A DNA stretch of 64,000 bases from Mobula hypostoma (taxonomy: Eukaryota), in the NCBI RefSeq assembly GCF_963921235.1, contig NC_086097.1:193442001-193506000 (forward strand), written 5' to 3'. Below are positions 51,922-64,000 of the stretch, piece by piece; the first letter of the stretch is position 1; each line of letters starts with the position of its first letter. The translations under genes were made by a program, and so were the position numbers. Below the pieces are notes generated by a model. The model saw nothing but the letters and a program-made list of their open reading frames with translations, was not told the origin of the DNA and made no database searches.

Positions 51922-54444
51922 TGTCCGAAGTGTGGAGCACAGGTGGACCCAAAAGCAGGACACAAACACGTTTTGTAGCATTTACAAGAATTCAGTTTAT
52001 TAATCGTAACTAGGAAAGTAGGGAAGCAAGGATTGTTCAGAGGGAGATCAAAGAGTGAGCAAAGCAGAAGCAGGAATAAGCGTGGCTAGACTCCGACTTG
52101 GACTTGGAATGTGGAACTAGAACTCGGGACCCAGACATGCAACTTGGAGCTCAGGATGCGGACTTGGAACTCGTAACATCAGGGCTTGGACTTGGATCTC
52201 TGAACTTCAGGGCTTGGACTTGGAACTCAGAACATCAGAGCCTTGACTTGGAACTTGGAACATGGAACTCGGATCCCGGACTTGGAACTCAGAACTCGGA
52301 TCTCAGGATCCGGACTTTGAACTCGGGACTTGGACATTGAACTCCGGACCCGGACATGGAAATTGGAACATGGATCTCAGGACCCGGACTTGGAACTCGG
52401 AACCCAGACTTGGAACTCGGAACTTGGAACTCGAGACCCGGACATGGAACATGGAACTGGGAAGTCGGAACTTGCAACTCGGAACTTGGAACTCAAGACT
52501 CGGACTTGGAACTCGAGACCCGGACATGGAACACGGAACTGGGAAGTCAGAACTTGCAACTCGGAACTTGGAACTCGGGAGCTGGACTCGGGACCCGGAC
52601 TTGGAACTTAGGACTTGGAACTGGGAACCCGGACATGGAAATCGGAACATGGAACTCAGGACCCGGACCTGGAACTCGGAACTTGGAAGTCAGAATTTGC
52701 AACTCGGAACTTGGAACTCGGGAGCTGGACTCAGGACCCGGACTTGGAACTCAGAACTTGGAACTTGGGACCCGGACTTGGAACTTGGGACTTGGAAATT
52801 GGGACCCGGACTTGGAACTCGGGACTTGGAGCTCGGGACCCGGACATGGAAATTGGAACATGGAACTCGGGACCCGGACTTGGAATTCGAGACCCGGACT
52901 TGGAACTCGGGAGCTGGACTCGGGACCCGGACTTGGAACTCGGAACTTGGAACTTTGGACTTGGAACTTGGGATCCAGACTTGGAACTCAGGACTTGGAG
53001 CTTGGGACCTGGCCATGAAAATCGGAACATGGAACTCGGGACCTGGACTTGGAACTCGGAACTTGGAAGTCGGAACTTGCAACTCGGAACTTGGAACTCG
53101 GGAGCTGGACTCGGGACCCGGACTTGGAACTCGGAGCTTGGAACTTGGAACGCAGATAACTGCCGGACCTTCCCAGTGGAGAGGGGGACGCGAGGAGACA
53201 GTTTCTAATTCAGAGTAGTGGCAAAACGGCCTGGCCTACTCAGTGGAGACGTGGACACAAAGAGACGGCACCGCACAACGATAGACAGTTCATACCTTGA
53301 CACGAAATGGCTCCAAGTAGTACTCAGATGACAGTCTAGCGCCGAGTAACTGCAAGCCGGACACTAAATATTGCTCGTTCAGCTGAGACTCAAGTGCCTT
53401 TAAATACAGAGCCGAAGAAGCACGGGGAATCAATGAATTACGGAAAACAGGGAGTCAATGGACTTGGAACGTGGAACTCGGAACTCAGGACGCGTCTTGG
53501 AAGTTTGGACTTGGACTTGGACTTTGGAACATGGTACCCGGACTTTGAACATGGAATTCAAGACCTGGACTTGTAATTTGGAACTTGGACCCGGACTTGT
53601 AACTCAGAACTTGGATCTTGGAACTTTGAACTCGTGACCCAGACTTGGAATTCGGAGCTTGGAACTCCGGTCCCGGACTTGGAACTCGGAACGTGAACTC
53701 GGGACCCTGACTTGAAACTTGTAACTTGGAATTTGATACTTTGAACTCAGGACCCTGACTTGGATCTTGGATCATCAGTGCCTGGACTTTTCTTAGACAA
53801 AGGACCTACTCAGTGGTGATGAGAACACGAAGAGACAGTTCTCCACTCAGGGTAGCGGGAAACAGCCAGACCGACCCAGCGGAGACGTGGAGATGATGAG
53901 ACAGTTCCTAACTCAGAGTAGTGGCAAAACGGCCGGACTTACTCAGTGGAGACAAGGACAGGAAGCAATGGTACCACACAATGACTGACAGTGTATACCT
54001 TGACATGAAATGGCTCCAAGTAGTGGCAAGCCCTTCACGCAGCCCAGGAGCTACAGAGAGCAGCCCTTGTCTCACTCCAGCAGGTTAACTTGACAGACCC
54101 GCTTCGGCGGTCTACCTTAATGGATCGATCAGGCAAGGTAACTTAACAGGCTGTCTCTGGTGACTTACTGGCACTCGCTATGGCGATAGGACTTGATTAG
54201 CTCTGGCGATGTAACTTGGTTCGTTCCAGCAGGGCGACTTGCTCGCACTTGCTTCAGTGACATCCGATGACGATCTAGCACTGAGTAGCTGTAAGCCCAA
54301 CAATAAATACTGCATGTTCAGGTAAGATTCAAGTGATTTAATGACAGAGCTGTGGAACCAAGGGAAAACAAAGAATTACGGAAGACAGGGAGTCAATGGT
54401 CCTGACACAAAGTAAATGTAAAGGGACACAGGGAATAACATATC
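51922..54444 (-). repeat. LTR units 7 and 8 fused (internal segment lost at ~53460)
   Basis: Minisatellites at ~52088-53150 and ~53461-53790; unit 7 has an internal deletion at ~53320. Confidence 0.8.
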
Positions 54445-54704
54445 TGCCCACATTATCTACAAACCGGGCTGGCAGAGGGTGATTAGGCTGGCGGGCAAAA
54501 TGGACTAACAACGAATTGAGCTTTTAAAACTGTTGTTGTAATTACGCACGTTTTTTTTCCTAAACTGACACCTTCGAACTTCGGATCACTTAATTGATTT
54601 CTGTGAGATGCATTCTGGGCAGGATTCGAGTGGGGGATTCTGACGAGCGAGAGTTCGGGATGCAGTGTTTGTGTCTGTTGGTTAAATGTTTGGCTAGATC
54701 CTTC

Positions 54705-55743
54705 TATCTGATGTGCAGAGCATGGGTGAACCTAAAATCAGGACACAACGTGTTTTGTAGCATTAACAAGAATAGAGTTTATTAATCGTTACTAGGATAG
54801 CAGGAAATTAAAGATTGTTCAGAGGGAGATCAAGGAGTGAGCAAAACAGAAGCAGGAATAAGCGTGGCGAGACTCGGACTCGGACTTGTAACCTGGAGCT
54901 CGGAACTTGGGATCCAGACTTGCAACTCGGAACTTGGAAGTCGGGACCTGGACTTGGAACTTGGGACCCAGTCTTGGAACTTGGGACCTGGACTTGAAAC
55001 TTAGAACTTGGAACTCAGAACTTGGAATTCGGGACCCGGACTTGGAACTCAGAACATCAGAGCCTGGACTTTTCTTAGACACAGGATGTACTCAGTGGAA
55101 ACGAGAACAGGAAGAGACAGTACCCCACTCAGGGTAGCGGCAAACGGCCGGACTGACCCAGCGGAGAGGAGGAGACGACGAGACAGTTCCTAACTCAGAG
55201 TAGTGGCAAAAGGGCTGGGTCTACTCAGTGGAGACGAGGCCATGAAAAGACGGTATGACACAATGACTGACAGTGCATACCTTGACACGAAATGGCTCCA
55301 TGTAGTGGCAAGCACTTCACGCAGCCCAGGAGCTACAGAAAGCAGCTGTTGTCTCACTCCAGTGGATTAACTTTACAGACGTGCTCCAGCGGGGTACCTT
55401 AGTGGCTCGATCAGGCAAGGTAACTTAACAGGCTGTCTCTGGCGAGGAGCGATGACTTACTGGGACTTGCTATGGGGAGGAGACTTGATTAGCTCCTGCA
55501 ATGTAACTTGGTTCGTTCTGGCAGTGTGACTTGCTCGCACTTGTTTCAGTGACGTCCGATCACGATCTAGCACTGAGAAGCTGTAAGCCCGACACTAAAT
55601 ACTGCACGTTCAGCTGAGATTCAAGTGCCTTTAATTACAGAGCTGAAGAACCACGGGGAAACGATGAATTACGGAAAACAGGGAGTCAACGGTCCTGATC
55701 ATGACACAAATTAAATATAAAGGGACCCAGGGAATAACAGATC
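54705..55743 (-). repeat. LTR unit 9
   Basis: Paralogue of unit 6 without the CR1; GATC deletion at 55740. Confidence 0.83.
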
Positions 55744-56001
55744 TGACCACGTTATCTACGACCCTGGCTGCAGAGGGGTTTTGGATGGCGGGCAAAATGG
55801 ACTAACAACAAGTTGAGCTTTTATAACTGTTGTTTTAATTACACAATTTCTTTTTCCTAAACTGATACCTTTGAACTTTGAGTCATGTTCTTGAATTCTG
55901 TGAGTTGCATTCTGGGCAGGATTCCAATGGGGGATTCTGACTAGCGAGAGTTCGGGAAACAGTGTTTGTGCCTGCTGGTTCAATGTTTGGCTAGATCATT
56001 C

Positions 56002-56885
56002 TGTCACAAGTGCGGAGTACAGGTGGATCCAAAAGCAGGACACAAACCCGTTTTGTAACATTTACAAGAATTCAGTTTATTAATCGTAACTAGGAAAGCA
56101 GGGAAGCAAGGATTGTTCAGAGGGAGATCAAAGAGTGAGCAAAGCAGACGCAGGAATAAGTGCGGCTCAACTCGGACTTGAACCTGGAACGTGGAATTAG
56201 GAACTCGGGGCCTGGACTTGGAACTCGGGACCCAGACATGCAACTTGGAACTCGGGACCCAGACTTGGAACTCAGAACATCAGGGCCTGGACTTGGAACT
56301 TCAGGGCCTGGACTTGGAACTTGGAACATCAGAGCCTTGACTTGGAACTCGGGACCCGGACTTGGAACTCAGAACTTGGATCTCGGGATCCGGACTTTGA
56401 ACTCGGGACTCGGACATTGAACTCCGGACCCGGACATGGAAATCGGAACATGGATCTCAGGACCCGGACTTGAAACTTGTAACTTGTAACTCGGAACTTT
56501 GAATTCGGGACCAGGACTTGGATCTTGGATCATCAGTGCCTAGACTTGGAAGTCGGAACATCAGACTTTTCTTAGACAAAGGACCTACTTAGTGGTGACG
56601 AGAGCACGAAGAGACAGTTCCCCACTCAGGGTAGTGGGAAACGGCCGGACCGACCCAGCAGAGACGTGGAGACAACGAGACAGTTCCTAACTCAGAGTAG
56701 TGGCAAAACGGCCGGGCCTACTCAGTGGAGACGAGGACAGGAAGGGACGGTACCACACAACGACTGACAGTGCATACCTTGACATGAAATGGCCCCAAGT
56801 AGTGGCAAGCCCTTCATGCAGCCCAGGAGCTACAGGCGGCAGGTCTCGTCTCACTCCAGCGGGTTAACTTGAGGGACCCATTTCG
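56002..56885 (-). repeat. LTR unit 10 (U3/TSS side deleted)
   Basis: Jumps to the internal segment at ~56885. Confidence 0.8.
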
Positions 56886-57099
56886 GCAGGCAAAACGAAC
56901 TAACAACAAATTGAGCTTTTATAACTCTTGTTTTAATTACACAATTTCTTTTTCCTAAACTGATACCTTTGAACTCTAAGTCACGTTCTTGAATTCTGTG
57001 AGTTGCATTCTGGGTAGAATTCCAATGGGGGATTCGGATTAGCGAGAGTTTGGGAAACAGGGTTTGTGCCTGCTGGTTCAACGTTTGGCTAGATCGTTC

Positions 57100-60000
57100 T
57101 GTCTGAAGTGCGGAGCACAGGTGGACCCAAAAGCAGGACACAAATACGTTTTGTAGCATTTGCAAGAATTCAGTTTATTAATCGTAACTAGGAAAGCAGG
57201 GAAGCAAGGATTGTTCAGAGGGAGATCAAAGAGTGAGCAAAGCAGAAGCAGGAATAAGCGTGGCTAGACTCAGACTTGGACTTGGGACTTGGAATTAGAA
57301 CTCGGGGCCCGGACTTGGAACTCGAGACCCAGACATACAACTTGGAGCTCGGGACCCCGACTTGGAACTCAGAGCATCAGGGCTTGGTCTTGAAACTTGG
57401 AACTTCAGGGCCTGGATTTGGAACTCGGAACATCGCAGCCTGGACTTGGAACTCGGGACCTGGACTTGGAACGCAGAACTTGGAACTCGGGACCTGGACC
57501 TCGAACTCGGAACTTGGATCTTGGAGCATCAGAGCCTGGACTTGGAACTTAGAACATCAGAGCATGGGTTTGGAACTCGGAACATCAAAGCCTGGACTTG
57601 GAACTCGGAACATGGAACTCTGGCCTGGACTTGGTACTCAGATTCTGGAACTTGGGATCCGCACTTGGAATTCGGAACATAGAACTCGGGACCCGGATTT
57701 GAATTCGGAACTGGGGACTCGGACTCGGAACTAGGAATATTGGAGCCTGGAATTTTAACTCGGAACATCAGAGCCTGAACTTGGAACTCGGTACATTAGA
57801 GCCTGGACTTGGAACTCAGGACCCAAACTTGGAACTCGGAAACTGGAACTCAGGTCCCGGACTTGGAACTCGGGACCCGGACTTGGAACTCAGAACTTGG
57901 AGCTGGGGACCCGGACACGGAACTCAGAACGTGGAACTTGGGACCCGGACTTACAAATCAGAACTTGAAACATCAGAGCCTGGTCTTGGAACTCGGAACA
58001 TCAGAGCCTGTACCTGGAACTCGGAACATCAGGGCCTGGTCTTTGAACTCGGAACATCAGAGGCTGGACTTGGAATTTGGAACATGGAACTCAGTACTTG
58101 GACTTGGACTCGGAACTTAGAACTCGGTACTTGGAACTCAGGACCCGGACTTAGAACTCGGTACTTGGACTTGGACTCGGAACTTAGAACTCGGTACTTG
58201 GAACTCAGGACCCGGACTTAGAACTCGGGACCCGGACTTGGAACTCGGAATTTGGAACTCGGGACCCGGACTTGGAACTCGGAGCTTGGAACTCGGAACT
58301 TGGAATTCAGAACCCGGACTTGGAAATCAGGATCCGGACTTGGAGCTCGGAATTTGGAACTCGGCACCCTGAATTGGAACTCGGAATTTGGTATTTGGGA
58401 CCCCACTTGGACCTCGGGACCTGGTCTTAGAACTTGTGAGCTGGACTTAGAACTTGGAATTTGGAACTCGGGACCCAGACCTGGAACTCGGAACACGGTA
58501 CCCAGACTTGGTACTTGGAACCTGGAATTTGGGACCCGACTTGAAACTCGGGACCCGGTCTTGGAATTCGGGACCCGGACCTGGAACTTGGAACTTGGAA
58601 CTTGGTACTCGGACTTGGAACTTGCAACTTGGAATTTGGGACCCGCTCTTGGAACTCGCCACTTGGAACTCGGACCTGGTACTGGGAACTTGGAATTCGG
58701 AACCCGGACTTGGAAATCGGGACAGGGGCTTGGAGCTTGGAATATGGAACTCAGGACCCGGACCTGGAACTCGGAACTTGGAACTTGGTACCCGGACTTG
58801 GAATTTGGGACCCACCTTGGAACTTGGGACCCGGTTCTGGAATTCCAGACACGGACCTGGAACTCGATACCCAGACTTGGAACTTGGAACTCAGGACCCG
58901 GACCTGGAACTTGGAACTTGGAACTCGGTAACCGGACTTGGAACTCAGAACTTGGAATTTGGGACCCGGTCTTGGTACATGCCACTTTCAACTCGGAACT
59001 TGGAACTCAGGACCCGGACTTGGAACTCGGAACTTGGATCTTGGGACCAGGACTAGTAACTCGGAACTTGGAACTCGGGACCCGGACATGGAACTCGGAA
59101 TATGGAAATCGGGATCCGGACTTGGAACTCGGGACCGGGATTCAGAAGTCGGTACTCGGAGCTCAGAACTTGGGACCCGGACATGGAACTTGGGACCCGG
59201 ACTTAGAACTTGGAACTCGGGACCCAGGCTCGGAACTTGGAACTCGGGACCTGGACGTGGAACTTGGAACTCAGGATGCGGATTTGGAACCTGGAACTCG
59301 GTACCCAGACTTGGAACTCGGAACTCGAGACCCGGAATTGGACATGGAACTTGGATCTCCGGACCCGGACTTGGAAATCGGATCTTGGAACTTGGGAACG
59401 GGACTTGGAACTCAGACATGGAACTCGGAACTTGGAATTCGGAACCCGGACTTGGAAATCGGGACCCAGACTTGGAGCTCGGAATTTGGAACTCAGGACC
59501 GGGACCTGGAAATCGGAAATTGGTACCCGGGACCCTGACATGGAACTCGGAACATGGAACTTGGGAACCGGACTTGGAACTTGCGACCTGGATTTAAAAC
59601 CCTGAACTTGCAACTCGAAACTCGGGACCCGGATTGGAACTCGGAACTTGGAACTCGGGACCCGGACCTGGAACTCGGAACGTGGAACTCGGGACCCTAA
59701 CATGGAACTTGGAACTTTGAACTTGGGACCCGGACTTGGAACTCGGAACTTGGAACTCGGCATCCAGACCTGGAACTCGGAACATGGAACTGGGGACACG
59801 GACATGGAACTCGGAACTTGGAAGTCGAGAACGTCAGAGTCTGGACATGGAACTCAGAACATCAGAGGCTGGACTTTACTTAGACGAAGGACAAGAATCA
59901 CTGAACTGTGCTTCCTCCTTACATACAGGACATAGAGCTGGGTCCCTTCTCAGACACGGGACATGGGCTGACACAAATTGACCTTTTGTAACTATTGTTA

Positions 60001-63000
60001 TAATTACGCAATTTTTTTTTATTGAACTGATACCTTCAAACTTTGAGTCAGTTTCTTGAATTCTGTGAGATGCATTCTGGGCAGGATTCCAGTGGGGGAT
60101 TCTGACTAGTAAGAGTTCAGGAAACAGTGGTTGTGTCTGCTGGTTCTATGTTTGGCTAGATTGTTCTGTCACCAGTACAGAGTACGGGCGGACCCAAAAG
60201 AAGGCGAAAAACACATTTTGTAGCATGAACAAGAATAGAGTTTACTAATCATTAGTAGGAAAGCAGGGAAGCAAGGATTGTTCAGAGGGAGATCAATGTG
60301 TGAGCAAAGCAGAAGGAGGAATAAACCTGGCTAGACTCGTACTTGGACTTGGAATGTGGAACTCAGAACTCAGGACCGGGGAGCCTGGAATTGGAACTCT
60401 GAGCATCAGAGCCTGGACATGGAACTCAGGACCCAGACTTGGAACTCGGGGCAGGACTTGGAACTTGGGACCCAGACTTGGCACTGGGAACTCGGGATCC
60501 GGATTAGAACTCGGAACATGGAACTCAGGATCTGGACCTGGAACTTGGAACATGGGACTCGAACCAGAACATGGAACTCGGGACCCGAACTTTCAAATCT
60601 GGACCCGGACTTGGAACTTGTAACTCAGGACGTGGATTTGGAACGTGGAACTCAGGACACAGACTTGGAACTTAGAACTCGAGACCCGGAATTGGACTTG
60701 GAACTTGGAACTTGGGATCTGGACCTGGAGCTTGGAAATTAGAACTCGGGACCCCAGACTTGGACTCAGAACTTGGAACTCGGAACATGGAACTCTGGAC
60801 CCGGACATGGAAGCTGGAACTTGGAAGTCGGGACCCTGAACGGAACTTGGAACTGGGAACATTAGACCCTGGACATGGAACTCAGAACATCAGAGGCTGG
60901 ACTTGGTACTCAGAACAACAGGGGCTGGACTTGGTACTCAGATATTCAAAGCCTGGACTTTACTTAGACGAAGGACATGAAACACTGAGCTGGGCCTCCT
61001 CCTTTGGTAAAGAACATAGAACCGGGTCTTTTCTGAGACACAGGAGATGGGCTAAAAACAAATTGACCTTTTGTAACTGTTGTAATTGTGCAATTTTTTT
61101 TCTTAAACTGATACCTTTGAACTTCGAGCCACTTTCCTGAATTCTGTGAGATGCATTCTGGGCAGGATTCCAGAGGGAGATTCTGGCAAGCAAGACTTTG
61201 AGAAAAAGTGTTTGTGTCTGCTGGTTCCATGTTTGGCTGGATCGTTCTGTCTTCAGTGCAGTGCACGGGTGGACCCAAAGGAAGGCCAAAGACACGTTTT
61301 GTAGCATTAACAAGAATAGAGTTTACTAATCATTAGTAAGAAAGGAGGGAAGCAAGGATTGTTCAGAGGGAGATCAAGGTGTGAGCAAAGCAGAAGCAGG
61401 AATAGGCGTGGCTAGACTCGTACTTGGACTTGGAACGTGGATCTTGGAACTCGGGACCCGCACATGGAACTTTGAACTCGGGACCCGGACTTGGAACTTG
61501 GAACTCGGGACCGGACCTGGAAATTGGAAAATTGTGCCTGGACTTAGAACTGGGAACTTCAGAGCCTGGAATTGGAACTCTGAACATCAGAGCCTGTACA
61601 TGGAACTCGGGACCAGGACTTGGAACTCGGAACTTGGAATTCAGGACCCGGAATTGTAACTTGGAATTGGGAACATCAGAGCCTGGACATAGAACTCAGA
61701 AATTCACAGCCTGGACTTTACTTAGATGAAGGACATGAATCACTGAACTGTACCTCCTCCTTCGGTACAGGACATAGAGCCGGGTCTGTTCTCAGATACG
61801 GGACATGGGTAACAACAAATTGACCTTTTGTAACTGTTGTTGTAATTGCGCAATTTTTTTTTCTGGAACTGATACCTTCGAACTTCGAGTCACTTTCTTG
61901 AATTCTGTGAGATGCATTCTGGACAGGATTCCAGTGGGGGATTCTGCGTAGCGAGAGTTCGGGAAAGAGTGTTTGTGTCTGCTGGTTCCATGTTTTGCTA
62001 GATTGTTCTGTCACAAGTGTGGATCATGGGTGGACCTAAAGGCAGGACACAAATATGTTTTGTAACTTTAAAAAGAATTGAGTTTATTAATCATTACTGG
62101 GAAAGCAGGGAAGCAAGGATTGTTCAGAGGGAGATCAAGAAATGAGTAAAGCAGAAGCAGGAATAAGCATGGCTACACTCGGACTTGAAATTGGAACCTG
62201 GAACTCGGAACTCAGGACCTGGACATGGAACTCGGGACTTGGAGGTGGAACTTGGAACTCGGGACAAGGATTTGGAACTTGGAACTCGGGACCTGGACTT
62301 GTAACTCGGAAATTGGAATGCGTGACCCCACCTGGAACTCAGGACCCGGTCTTGGAGCTCGGAACTTGAAACTCGGGACCCAGATTTGGAACACGAGACC
62401 GGGACCTGGAACTCAGAACTTGGAACTCGGTACCCGGACTAGGAACTCGGAACTTGGAGTTTGGGACCCAACTTGGAACTCGGGTCACGGTCCTTGAACT
62501 CGAGACCCGGACATGCTACTCAGAACTTGGAACTTGAGACCCGTACTTGGAACTCGGGGCCCAGACTGGGAACTGGGAACATGGAACTTGGGACCTGGAC
62601 ATGCAACTCGGGACGCACACTTGGATCTTGGGACCCGGATTTAGAACTCGGAACTTGGAACTCAGAACTTGGGACCCGGATTGGAACTCGGAACTTTGAA
62701 CTCGGGATCCGGACTTGGTACTCGGAATGTGGAACTTGGGACCCGTACCCGGAACTCGGAACTTGGAACTCGGGACCCGGACATGGAACTTGGAATATGG
62801 AACTCGGGACCCAGACTTGGAACTTGGAACTCGGGACCCGGACCTGCAACTCGGAAACTGGAACTCGGGACCCCAGACTTGGAACTCGGAACTTGAAAGT
62901 CGGGACCTGGACTTGGAACTTGGGACCCGGACTTGGAACTTCGAACTCGGGACCCAGACTTGGAAATTGGAACTCGGGACTTGGACTTGCAACTTGGAAC

Positions 63001-64000
63001 TCGGGACGCGGATTTGGAAATCGGAGCTCGGGACCCGGACATGGAACTCGGGACCTGGACTTGTAACTCAGAACTTGGAATTCGGGACCCCACTTGGAAC
63101 TCGTGACCCGGTCTCGGAACTCGGAACTTGAAACTCGGGACCCGGACTTGGAACTCGGTACCCGGATTTGGAACTCAGGACCCGTACTTGGAACTCGGGA
63201 CCCGGACATGGAACTGGGACCATGGAACTTGGGACCTGGACATGGAACTCAGAAAATGCAACCCGGGACCTGGACATGGAACTCGGGCTCTGGACATGGA
63301 ACTGTGAACATGGTACTCGGGAGCTGGACATGGAACACGGGACCCGTACTTGGAACTTGGAACTCAGGATCCGGACATGAAACTCGGAACATGGATCTCT
63401 TGATCGGGACTTGGAACTCGGGACCCGGACTTGGATCTCCGAACTTGAAAGTCGGGACCTGGACTTGGAACTTGGAACTTGGAACTGGGAACATCAGAGC
63501 CTGGACATGGAACTCAGAACATCAGAGGCTGGAATTGGAACAAGGAACATCGGAGCCTGTACTTTTCCTTGACACAGGACATGCAAAACTGAGCTGGGCC
63601 TCCTCCTTTGGTGCAGAACATAGAACCGGTACTCTACTTAGACACAGTACATGGGCTAACAACAATTTGAACTTTTGTAACTGTTGTAATTGCGCAATTT
63701 TTTTTTCTGAAACTGATACCTTCGAACTACGAGTCACTTTCTTGAATTCTGTGAGATGCATTCTGGGCAGGATTCCAGTGCAGGATTCTGACTAGCGAGA
63801 TTTCGGGATACACTGTTTGTGTCTGCTAATTCCATGTTTGGCTAGATCGTTCTGTCACAAGTGCAGAGCACGGGTGGACCCAACAGCAGGACAAAAACAC
63901 GTTTTGTAGCTTTAACAAGAATAGAGTTTATTAATCATTACTAGGAAAGCAGAGAAGCAAGGATTGTTTAGAGGGAGATCAAAGTATGAGCAAAGAAGAG
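57100..64000 (-). repeat. reduced array units 11-15 (U5/R part, minisatellite and partial internal segment only)
   Basis: A shared fusion ..GACAT|GGGCTAACAACAAATTGACC occurs at ~59964, 61049, 61806 and 63653. Unit 15 runs off the window, so its state is unknown. Confidence 0.85.
57265..59880. repeat. ~2.6-kb GGAACTT/GGAACTC/GGACTT/GGACCC minisatellite in LTR unit 11
   Basis: Mosaic of 6-7-mers read directly from the sequence. Confidence 0.95.

Larger units (their letters stand above)
40381..64000 (-). mobile_element. tandem array of a non-autonomous Gypsy (Tf1/sushi-like) LTR element: (LTR + ~300-bp internal)n
   Basis: LTR-end/PBS junctions (+ strand TGGCTAGATCGTTC|TGTCAC-like) occur at 40599, 41968, 43504, 45832, 47749, 49340, 51922, 54705, 56002, 57100, 60167, 61248, 62009 and 63853. 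The units show TG..CA termini, a PPT, AATAAA and a gag-like start. Confidence 0.88.

Noticed and set aside
58252..59538. 428-aa ORF and the many ELGTWN/PSSKFQV ORFs as repetitive structural proteins
   Set aside because: The 6/7-mer words rarely form stop codons, so overlapping ORFs with the same peptides appear in all frames on both strands. No frame is preserved between units.

Overview
Eukaryotic, repeat-dense DNA with no recognisable host gene. The TE mix (CR1 with an SGNH-esterase ORF1, Penelope with hammerhead-bearing tails, Rex1/Babar, RTE, Tigger/pogo) suggests a cartilaginous fish; this is an inference. There are three zones. (1) ~0.6-25.2 kb is an 8-unit tandem segmental array (units 1.5-4.8 kb) built from a chimeric block of TE debris: Penelope, CR1 fragments, and an internally deleted Tigger carrying a nested MITE and a 65-bp minisatellite. 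Single units carry later insertions (a hammerhead-bearing tail; a Rex1/Babar LINE). (2) 25.2-40.4 kb holds a ~3.2-kb decayed RTE LINE, CR1, Penelope and Rex/L2-type fragments, and AT-rich non-coding DNA. (3) 40.4-64 kb, running off the window, is a head-to-tail minus-strand array of a non-autonomous Gypsy-type LTR element in which LTRs alternate with a ~300-bp internal segment (PBS, MDPADT gag-like start, PPT). Its PBS/U5 is complementary to a sequence ~30 nt downstream of the LTR's own TATA-like box, the signature of Tf1/sushi-type tRNA-independent self-priming. Each LTR carries a hypervariable GGAAC(T/C)-type minisatellite (0.15-2.6 kb), and the array erodes stepwise towards satellite DNA. 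The many long ORFs in zone 3 are minisatellite artefacts. Coordinates were counted by eye and may be off by a few bases.
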